Source: Octopus bimaculoides (lineage: Eukaryota). From it: a stretch of 64,000 bases of DNA. A program made the position numbers and the translations under genes. The stretch is taken from positions 151,181,308 to 151,245,307 of the forward strand of contig NC_068982.1 in NCBI RefSeq assembly GCF_001194135.2, in the 5' to 3' direction. The notes under the pieces are model-generated. The model saw only the letters and a program-made list of their open reading frames with translations. It was not told the origin of the DNA and did no database searches. Positions 53,222-64,000 of this stretch are shown here, piece by piece (position 1 is the first letter of the stretch; each line of letters begins with the position of its first letter).

Positions 53222-54177
53222 CATGTATGTATGTATGTATGTATGTATGTATGTATGTATGCATGTATGTATGTATGTATGTATGTATGTATGTATGTAT
53301 GCGTGCGTGTATGACAATCTACCTATCTAACACTATATATATGTAATTTTATGATAGCTGGCTTTTCAATATCTTCTGAAAGAAAAGGCAGCAAATTCGT
53401 TATTCGTATGAACTAGTTGAAAAGAAATGCAATATTTCCAATATCTTCGAAATATATTTGGAAAGGTAATGTGTGAATTGAATTATTGTAATTAGGTTGC
53501 TTTGTAAATGAGCGCTAATATATCTGCTGACATTTGCGTGAGGTGTGAATGCAATGCTATGCGGTAGCAGAAATAGTAGATATTTGTGTGTAAAGACGGT
53601 GTATTGAATATACTTAGTATTTTTATATTACTAGTCTTAATTGCTCTGTATGATGCGGGTTTCTTCAGCCCATATACAGAAGATGAATAAAATGTAATGT
53701 TTTGATATTTATGACGTTTTCAGGGGTTTCGATACTGTGTTGTGATTTATCTGTGTTATGAATTTACTGTTTGTTCTAAATGGTTTGCCGCAGATATTTC
53801 AGTATTATTTTACACATTAATCCATCGGTTTCAGAGAAACGTAAGGAACGTCATTTTTATTTATTTATTGTAACTCGATAATATGAACATTTAAATGTTT
53901 CTCATCGGATGATATTTTACTTAGTAAGGGTGAAACTAACATCTCTTGTATAGTAGAATTATTCTACCATGAAGCTAGGTTCCAGCTCCAACTAACAACT
54001 AATCACTGTTCATAATCAAAAGTGGTTACAAGCAACTTCTTACATTTAATACTTGATTTCAGAAAGTGGGAAAATAATTTCATATTGCTACTATACAAAA
54101 TACAGTATATAAACAATCAATCTGTAGAAATACTTAAAGATATGATATTCATTCTTAGACAAGTAACATTTCTTGTA
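53222..54177 (-). repeat. Right arm of the long inverted repeat
   Basis: Collinear with the left arm from the inner (TATG)n to the outer ttcttgta; lacks about 100 bp present near 51620-51720. Confidence 0.93.
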
Positions 54178-55491
54178 TAATAATTCTAGAAGATGTATGT
54201 TAGTTATGAAAATACATGAAGAAATAGAACTGAATTTGGAAGAACAGGACAAACCGTTCAAGAATTGTACCCCATGAATTATTATCTCTTTGGCAGACAT
54301 CAGCATGCACCAGTAAATTATTTGATTGCTGTAAACAAAAGCCCTTGTTCTTGTGAGATTCATCGGTCCGGCAGGGTAAATTTAAATGACACACAATAAG
54401 CTCAAAACACCACGGTGTCTCGAAGTCCCCCTATCACGTGCGCAATGAGCACACATGGTCTAAAGGGAAGCCGTATTCTTCGATGACGAAAAGCAACAGT
54501 GGTCAGCTATTAACATTAGAATATTTCAGATCGTGTTAAGAAGAAATAGATGCGTTATTGAAATTATAAAATTTTATTAAGTGAACTGATGTTCATTTAA
54601 AAATACCATTGCCAGAATTATTTATTCAATTACATTTCCAAATTCAAAAACCATACAAATTGATATTATGGCCGCCGGAATAGGATTTATTCAAGCTTAA
54701 TCAAAAGAAAATTTCTATTCGTGAATTTGGTAATGAAATGAAAAAGCTAAGTGCATGACTCGGTTAGAACAACCATTAATTTATGAACCAACCAAAGTGA
54801 CTCCACATGTTTATTCGACACTTTGGAAAACAACACCCGACATCCCTTCAAATTACACCCTGCCAGCTTAAAGAAGATATGGTACAATGGACATTCCTGT
54901 ACTAAATATATTAGCCTGAGAAAAAGAGCGGCCAATCAGCTTTGGAATATTGTTGATTGTAACTGTCATCATCTAGGACTGAAATGGTACTAAATACCAA
55001 CAACATCTCAACAACAACTACTACAAGTCAGTGAGGAAATTTCTTCTTGGTCATTCAATCTGCTTGAAATACCAGTTAAAATTACCTCAGATCACACTCT
55101 GTCGTCGTCGTCGTTGTAAAGAACAAGACATTTGAGAGTAGATCGATGACGGTATTTGAGAATAAGTGTGAAAATGGTTACAGATGGAATATAATTTTGC
55201 TTAATGAAGGGTAACTGTAGCAAAATAACAGCTACCAGAAATCATTAATTGAACGACTGTACTTTCTACTCGAACTTTTGTAGTCAATGATAGACTCTTA
55301 TCAGTAATGATAAATGGATGTTGTGACATTCATAGTTTTGGTTCGGATATTACGAGTGTCATTTCAAACGTCTTTTGAAATAGAGAACGGGTCGCTTGTC
55401 GGTTACTTTTTTTATAAAGCTACAGATGTAATTTAATTTACGGTAGATTTACATACACGCTCGCGCGCACATACAAACGCCCGCGTGCCCG

Positions 55492-55523
<32 letters not shown>

Positions 55524-55739
55524 CACACACACACACATATACATACTTACATACATAGCTACATTGTGGACTTCATCAAATCAAGAAATGGGAATTCAGG
55601 GGGACACTGCCAAAACCGAGCATCACCTTGTGGTTGCCTGTGTGCAGAGTGAAAGTTGAAGACACTTTCTCCTGTTCTTGTCAACTCTTCTCATAAGTTT
55701 CAAGACTTACGAAGAAACTGTGACGGTGTTGCTACAGGT

Positions 55740-55925
55740 GTTTTGATTTGCTGAACAAACAGCACAGTGAATATTATTATAGTAGCTGTGGATCGTGCAG
55801 AGCCAATCCGACATTTTCCGTTCTTCAAGCTCATATTGGTCTGTTGCGACAAATGCCAAAAGATCAGTAGTTATCAGAAAGCAAGATCTTCTTGGAGTTA
55901 CAACTAAAGAGATGAAGGGACTCAT
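55740..55925 (-). mobile_element. Possible Helitron PIF1-helicase C-terminal remnant
   Basis: Minus strand LAFVAT, then after a frameshift VGLAL..P, resembling LAFA.TI.KSQG.T...VG.DL..P; weak. Confidence 0.2.
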
Positions 55926-56400
55926 CTGCCTTGAATCCAGTGAGATGTCTGTGAGTGCCTTTCTTCCAGGTGAAATTCCATGACATGCTAATTAACCCAT
56001 AGCTAGGACCCTGATATACATACAGAGATATGTATAAAGACATATATACATGCAAACACTGCTGTTGCTGAATTTTCCTGAACAATCAGTTGAGAAGAAC
56101 ATCTCATCGAAGAATGTAATGCTTTTACTACTACTATCAAGCCTAATTGAAACTAATAGCTGAGTAAAATTCGTCTTCGAATAATGTCATACTTATATAC
56201 CCTGATGTTATCGTACTAATAATGCAAGTTCGCTGCGTACGAATATGCAATATGCAGTTAGTGCGATCGAAACACGTATCGGACAATTATCATGAATAAA
56301 CTAACTGGAAATAAACACAAAGTTTGAATGTTCAAGTTCTTCATTCTCCTTATCAATATGTATGTGTGTATGTATGTATGTATGTATGTATGTATGTATG

Positions 56401-56443
<43 letters not shown>

Positions 56444-57118
56444 ATATATATATATATATCTATATCTATATATATATATATACATACATATATACAGACA
56501 TATGCATACATATATACGTATTTTGATAGATATACTTTTATAAATACATACACATTCACATATATATGAACACAGTTATACATATACATACATGTACTGA
56601 CTGTTTGAATCTCTGACGAGCAATCGAAGAGCCTAATTTTAAGGCACAGTTTAGGCTAGTAGCGGTTGATATATAGGAACCATTCAAATGTCGGTCTTTA
56701 TGCGTTGTAGTGGACTTGCAGATTAAATCATTGCTGGCCTAAATGAGAAACTCCAGTTTGTACAAACGCAAGCGGTTATATAACCTTGAATTTGTAATTA
56801 CTTTCAGGTATCGTCTGTTCTTCGAAATGATTTTATACTATATTCTTTCCTTGACATACTATCACTATTTTGAATTCGTGTATTGGTAAAAATATTAAGT
56901 TGTCATCTTGTCGTTGAAGATCTTTTCTGAGGTTAGTGCAGCTGAAGCTTGTTGTCAGATTTCTAGGTTGTGTTTGGCCCATGTGAGAAAGGTGTATGTG
57001 GTAGGGTGACAATAATAGTGAAGGTATTAAAGCTTTGAATGGAATACTACTTCTAAAATTCATAAAATGAATTTTATTCCTACTGAATCTACACCTGTAT
57101 AAATTTCTGTACACAACA

Positions 57119-57395
57119 ATGAAGGTGTGTGGCTTAGCAGTTGAGTTTTTCAGCTCATGGTCTGAAGGTTGCCAGTTCCATTTCCAGCTGCGCGTTGTGC
57201 CTTTGAGCAAAGCACTTTATTTCACATCACTCCAGACCACAGAGCTACCAAAAATGAGCTGTACCCTGTTATTCAAAGGGCCAATATTGTCGCATTTTGT
57301 GTCAAGCCGAATCTCCCTGAGGGCTATGCTAGGGTACACAAGTAGGCTGTTCCGTTGATTGGATCAACTGAAACACTACTTGTCGTAACCGACGG
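57119..57395 (+). mobile_element. tRNA-derived SINE (family 3), internally deleted
   Basis: gaaggtgtgtggcttagcag head, gtgcctttgagcaaagcacttt core, gtcgtaaccgacggag tail. Confidence 0.85.
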
Positions 57396-58648
57396 AGGGC
57401 CATATTTTAAATATTTTTATACACTACAATTTATAATAAAACACGTTGTTTTATTCTGCTATGATGGAATGGAACAATATGCAATATTTCTAAATGGTTC
57501 TCCCAGGATTACTCTGATTGGAAATATTTGTCAAATATTTGAGGATATTTGTCTTTTGAGAATAACTTTCATATTTACACTAGCAGGCTATTGCTACTAA
57601 CAGAATATCGTTTCAGCAAGTTTCAGGTTTAGAAATTTCTGTTGAATTGTAAAAGCTACAGAGATAAATAAAGTCACCTTTGAATTTAACTAATTTATTC
57701 AAAATATTGCCAGGTAGCTATTTAAATCTTTCTAAAAGTTTTGATAGAATTAATTCAGTGGTTAATATGTCAGTCTATTGGATAAAGTGAAGTGAATATT
57801 CAAATTCAAGCAATATGATTTTTCTTTAGCTCTGATACTAAGTATCTCCTACCATACTTGACTAACTGCGGAAAGACAAGAAATAGATGAACAGGTCAGT
57901 GACTTGTATTGCCGGGACCAGATCTACACAAATGGAATTAAATTACAAAAATAAGGGTTCATCGGTCTTTTAGAAATAATTCATAGCCACTTGCTACTAA
58001 GTTAAATAGCTTTTAGAATCCTTCTATGCGTTATATTCCGAAGAAGTTTTTCAACCAAGTGCCTAAATCATACCACTTTATTCCTGACGATATAATTAAA
58101 ATAGATCATCGATTTTAATATGTAATATTCGTAAAACCTGTATGTTTGGGGAATGTAAACAAGTTGGAGCTTGCTGTCGCAAGAAAATTCAATAATAATA
58201 CATTAGTATCGATTTGCCTGTCTAGAAAATCTGTAGCATGTCTAACAGTACATAACACCTACTCAAATGTACTATGCTTGACGTTTGTTTGTACAACGAA
58301 AAAAGAAAAAAATCACAATCATCACTCATTTAGCTAATGCAAATTTATACAAAACCTAACAGATAAAGGCAAATTAGTTTCGTATTTTTAAAATTTAAAT
58401 ATAAAGTTAGTACGAATGTACATGTGCATAAAACCCTAAGGGGTGGTGAATTGCTTTTTTTTAATGCGTAGATGTTGTCGACAAATAACGCCTACTTTAC
58501 TCATATGCATACACCTGCATACATACGTATAACAAGGCATTTACAGATACACATCGCACCCATAGCTTTTTACAGATGTAATAATACGATAAATACATTT
58601 AATCAGAAATTTTATATTTATATATGTAGTTGGTACTCATTTGTGCTT

Positions 58649-58688
<40 letters not shown>

Positions 58689-60349
58689 CATGTTACTTAT
58701 GTAGTATAATTATATTTTCATTATATCTTCAACAAAGCTATGATAAATTTGTCAAATTTGAAATATTGTTGAATTCAATTTAAAGTACTTCATTCTACTA
58801 ACTTAAATGAAACTTAATTTTGTTACTTAATTTTTAAAAGTTCTTGAAAACATGTTTCTTGTCATGTAAATCTGGCACCGTGCCAATGTCTACGCGCTTA
58901 CTTGACCTGCTGAAAAGAACAATAAAATCACCTACAAGTCGAATTTTACCAGCTTAAAAAAAGAAAGGATGATCCACTGGATTTTATAGCCTTACTTAAA
59001 TTGCAAGGAAGTGAGATCGGGTTGTGATATTTGGGATACCTTTGAACTTAGGTCTGCTTAATGAGTGCTAATTTGATGTAAACGACGGATACTACAACCA
59101 CTACTTGTTTTATTTTTCATGTGAGTTGATAGACTTACTCTGATATATAAAACTATATCTATTATTTCATGGATTGTATACGGATTTAGAAATACGTTAT
59201 TTATTTAGCATTCACGGTGTTAATGATAGTATAAAGACACAACTACGAATCAATGCGAGGATTTGTCTTCCTTCATACTGCCCGAGCCGAAAATCTAGGA
59301 ATTTTAAATTTCCTTACTTTTGTTTTAGGTATTACATTTTTTTTTGGATTATTTGCTGGCTGTGAACACATTTCCTCAGATTCTGGATTCTTATGTTAAT
59401 TGTAGCACACCAAAATTAACTGAAACATATCTTTTGAGGGTAGTTATATTAAAAAGTCTCTTGTAATTAATGCACATACATACAGTTTAAATAGCAATGT
59501 TTATATAATTACAAGCACAAAATGCATATTCATTCATAAATCTACAAATGAAATGTTCAATGAATAAAAACATTAGAATAAAAAATAAACAATACTTTAG
59601 AAATAACCCATTTATAATTTCATCAATACATATGAGACATTATAAATATTCATGAAGTCTAATTACATATTCATTAAAGAAAAAAAACAAATTCCAATTA
59701 ATACAATACAAATTTGTACGTATTAAGACCATCCCTATTATTTTAAACAACTTAAGAAATCGAGTAAATAAATAAATAATTTATTATAATATGTTGAGAT
59801 CTTCTTTGCAACAACAAGATATATCGCAACATTAATTATCAGCCAGTCAGAAGCTTACAAGTTACTTTGAAACGACCAATCGTATGACAATTACCGCCCA
59901 TTACTCGAACTTATCACTTGTTTATACCATTTTTACTAAAGTAGGAAAGGAATGATGAGAATATATTCGAGTGTTCAACAGCTAAATTAAATAATAACCG
60001 TACATGAATATTTCAACACTAATTAGGTCAATGCGTGGAGGCGGAAAGTAAAGGGTATATTTCATCTCCCTTTGCAGAGAGAGCATATTATATTTATTTT
60101 ATACACAAAACTTTTGCACGAAGAAAACGCATTTGAAGAATATGAACTACTGAATATTACATCTGTTAACGGACGCAGTAGCGAAAACCATCGCAATCAA
60201 AATTAAACTAGAACTAATCTGGACTTCTAGGCAGTCTGAAATTTGGAATCTCTTTTCGAGGCAATCAAGAATGTAATGGCCAGTTTAAACAACGATACGT
60301 CTCCATTTTGCTTATTTCGAAAGCTAGTTAAAAACCACTGAGTGAAAAA

Positions 60350-60634
60350 TTGTTGTTGCTGTTGTTGTTGTTGTTGTTGTTGCTGCTCTTCTTCTTCTTC
60401 TTCTTCTTCTTCTTCTTCTTCTTCTTCTTCTCCTCCTCCTCCTCCTCCTTCTTCTTCTTCTTCTTCTTCTTCTTCTTCTTCTTCTTCTTCTTCTTCTTCT
60501 TCTTCTTCTTCTTCTTCTTCTTCTTCTTCTTCTTCTTCGTCTTCTTCTTCTCCTCCTCCTTCTTCTTCTTCTTCTTCTTCTTCTTCTTCTTCTTCTTCTT
60601 CTTCTTCTTCTTCTTCTTCTTCTTCTTCTTCTTC
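60350..60634. repeat. (GTT)n followed by (CTT)n with CCT interruptions
   Basis: Direct reading. Confidence 0.97.
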
Positions 60635-60846
60635 TCGCTGTATTTCTTCCAACTTCCATCCTATCCCATCGTTTCTTCTGTTCTTTCCGTTTTTGCTTTA
60701 TTTTCCTTCCTCAAGCCTCTGTCTGTGTGTATGCATGCATGTACACACACACGCACACACACACACACATACACACACAGAAACACACATACACACACAC
60801 AAACACACACACAAACACACACACACACACACACACNNNNNNNNNN

Positions 60847-60888
<42 letters not shown>

Positions 60889-61034
60889 GACATACATGAG
60901 TGCGCGTGTGCGTGCGTGTGTGTATATACATATACGCATAAGCATTTTGCTAAACCAGCCATAAATTTTTATACTGGCAGAATAAGACAAACGATCGACC
61001 GTTTGAATAGTCACTACCGATAATGCCTTCAAAG

Positions 61035-61608
61035 GATATATTGTTCAACTGAAACACGAGTATCTTTTTGGTCAGCTGTAAGCAATTTTGGCACAAACTT
61101 GGCCGACACGCATCTCATGCTGAAATCTTCAGTTGATAATGGACTGAATTAAACCGTAACTAATCTGCACATCCTCTGATAACTCATCGATGGTGATTCC
61201 ACGATTTCCCCTCACAGCTGCATGCACATCTGCGATGTTTTCTTCAGTTCTGCTGGTTGTGGGTCTCCTAGAACCTTCACCAATATCAACATTTTTGGGG
61301 CCATCTTGGAAACGTCTGAACCACTCATACACTTGTGTGCAGCTCATACACTCCTCTCCATATACTTTCTGTAGGCCTCTAAGCAGATATCGCCATGACA
61401 ACTTTCTCTGTCATGGTCAATGCGACGATCACACGCTAAACACCCCACTTCCAAGTACTGCTGTAAACATTGGAAGTTAGCTAGAACGTTAAAACCTAGT
61501 GCACATGCACAGCAGAGTTCAAGGTTAATCTTTGCCAAGTGGTTTCTCTATGCGTGCTTTAGCTTCGTTACTATGGCAACAGTCCGGATACTTAGTGATC
61601 AGACCTCG
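61035..61608 (-). mobile_element. Mariner element 5' part (left TIR plus transposase HTH region)
   Basis: TA|CGAGGTCTGATCACTAAGTATCCGGACTG terminus; LQKVYGEECMSCTQVYEWFRRFQDG..RPTTSRTEENI..RGITIDELSE; VSAKFVPKLL. Confidence 0.9.
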
Positions 61609-62308
61609 TATATATGTAGATATGAACAAATATGAGCTGAAAGAAATAACTCACAATGGTAAGTGGCTAGTACATGAACAGCATAGACAAATACATCTAT
61701 ATCAAATAACACATAAGATAAATTCTTAATTTATTAAAATTGTCTCCGTGTCTAGACATTGCATCATAATTAACAAATGGCAATTAAGACCAGCGCCGTA
61801 TGAGAAGGGGAGATAATCTCAAGATTCAAGCATTCTCCAAAGTTGACACACCATAAAGGAAAAAGACAGGTTTATTGTCTGGAGATAAGTGAACGTTCGT
61901 GACATGTCTTTCTGACTCAAATGTTTTCATCAGCACGACAATTGTCCAACCTTATCTCCGGTAGTCAAGATTAGAATACGTTTATGGTTCAGGTAATTTG
62001 CAGATTTGAAAAAAAAAATACTCTTCATAACGGAAGGGCGTGAGTGTTTCTAGAGGAATTAGATATATACATGTCAAAGTAGTGAGCGTGTTAGTGTTGA
62101 TACTGACAGTTCTATTTACAACACAGTATCTTGACAGTCGCAACTCTGGAAAATGCCAAGTTTAAGAATTTGCGAGCCGTCACGTTTCGTAAAAACACAT
62201 GACTAAGTTCCTGACATACAGTGTATCAGTGAAATGCCTTTTTTGTTGTCATCAGATTCGTCCCCTTTTACAGAGCTCTAGAACAAATGTAACTGAACAC
62301 AACTGTGT

Positions 62309-62386
62309 TGACGTCATCACTTGAAAATCCAAGATCTGTTTCTTATAATTTGGCTGCCTAAATTAATGCTGACGTCACTACCCAAT
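62309..62386. promoter_or_regulatory. Two full CRE palindromes 61 bp apart plus a CCAAT box
   Basis: TGACGTCA at 62309-62316 and 62370-62377; CCAAT at 62382-62386; TATAA between the CREs. Confidence 0.35.
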
Positions 62387-62486
62387 CTGAAAGATTTGTT
62401 TATATACATCCATTTGTAAAGAAAATAGTCCGGTTTCAAGTAAAGATAAAGACCTACAACACATTTTATAGTTCAGATAATTAATT

Positions 62487-62650
62487 ATCGGTTTCAAACT
62501 TTGGCACAAGGCCAAACATTTCAAGGAAGGGGTGTGTCGATTAGCTCGACTCCAGTGCTCAACTGGTACTATTTTGTCGATCCAGAATAGGTGAAACACA
62601 AAGTCAACTTCAACGGAATTTGAACTCAGAATGTAAAGACGAAGATAATG
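62487..62650 (-). mobile_element. SINE family 2, diverged copy
   Basis: tttcaaactttggcacaaggcc...tcgactccagtgctcaactggtact...ggaatttgaactcagaatgtaaagac. Confidence 0.8.
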
Positions 62651-63659
62651 AAATATTCAGCTCGGAGACACATTTTTCTCTACATGAAGAGTGTCATATT
62701 TCCATCATTTACCAATATACAAAACTATTGCATAGAACAAATGAAAGCGCCTCTACACGATCTTTCAATCTGGTAAGATATAGCAGTCAAAAGTCCATTA
62801 AATAACACTCTACCATATTACAAAATAGAAGGACACATTGCCATAAGAGTATGAGACAGTCACGGCCTAAATGCCTTTAATCATAGACCTCCCCGATCAA
62901 GTTTGGTCTGGCTTCTTAACAACAGACAATATGTATTGTGACGTGTAATTATGTACACGCATTTGTAATTTAGGATAAAAATATTATTAAAATGATTTCC
63001 CAACTATATGATAACCATAGGTAGCACACACACACACCTACACCTGCACACACATACATACGCACAGACACACATACAGACACACACAGAGACACACAGG
63101 CACACATATACACAGAACTCTCTTACTGTCTTTTAAATTATTGCCTTCTCGTTAGAATATCCATAGGCAGTTGCCTTGAATTCGATTATTCAGTCATTCA
63201 AACACTAATTACAATTACATTTTAATTCATGAATGCATTATACGCAATTAATTATCCTTCAATTAATCTAAATGCAGGTGCCAATTTACAGCATGCCAAT
63301 ATTGATTAGGCTGTACACAGCGGCCCTCTTTTCAAATTGTTAGCGAACTCAAACCAGAAAATTAAGCTGACTCGAAAAACTATAATCAAACCTGTTTTGT
63401 ATTTCATCTTGCAATAATAGTTTCATAGAAAACCTAAAGTTGTTTTAATTAAACATTACACGAATGATGTGGTGCAGAAAATAAATTAGATTAATCAGTC
63501 TTTTTGGAGTTTTCCTTTACTTATAGATGGTCCATAGTAATTGGACAAAAAAATTAAGAACTTAATATATATTTTATTGATTTTAGCTTGAAATTAGCAG
63601 ATAAACACACACATACATGCATACAAATATACATACACTTATACATACTCGCATACATA

Positions 63660-63860
<201 letters not shown>

Positions 63861-64000
63861 TATATCTCGGTTCCGTGCCTCATCGCGTTCATACACACAT
63901 AATTTTTCTCGTCTGGCCGTAAAGCCTTTTCTGTTTGTTTTCCTGTCTTGTTTTTTGTCCGCCACTACATTCCTCCACGGCTAGATTTAATTTGCGTATA

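Noticed and set aside
56612-56632. ctgacgagcaatcgaag as a third hammerhead
   Set aside because: No stem II, GAAA is incomplete, and stems I and III are absent
58902-58909. 8-nt micro-exon candidate ttttcag|CAGGTCAA|gtaagc on the minus strand
   Set aside because: Frame-shifting length; such signal pairs arise by chance in AT-rich DNA and there is no other support
60227-60964. Poly-E, poly-S, poly-R and poly-F ORFs (also 18508-18874)
   Set aside because: All frames of a (CTT)n tract are open; no splice or domain support

Overview
AT-rich, microsatellite-saturated animal DNA with ten N-gaps. The SINE families and the (CA)n/(TA)n/(TACA)n/(GATA)n load look like an Octopus-type cephalopod genome; this is an inference from remembered repeat families, not a database result. 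No intact protein-coding gene is visible, and most ORF-track entries are microsatellite or N-gap artefacts. The window is dominated by decayed mobile elements: several R4/Dong-like restriction-like-endonuclease (RLE) non-LTR retrotransposon copies, two RTE LINEs, a CR1-type LINE, Penelope-like elements (PLEs), Tc1/mariner pieces, a Helitron Rep remnant and tRNA-derived SINEs. The main observations are: (1) an RLE LINE family whose copies abut (TACA)n tracts, suggesting microsatellite targeting; (2) two degenerate minimal hammerhead-ribozyme motifs at PLE termini; (3) a roughly 2.9 kb foldback with about 1 kb inverted arms; (4) a local duplication giving a filled/empty SINE site pair; (5) a paired CRE plus CCAAT cluster and a few unproven candidate exons.
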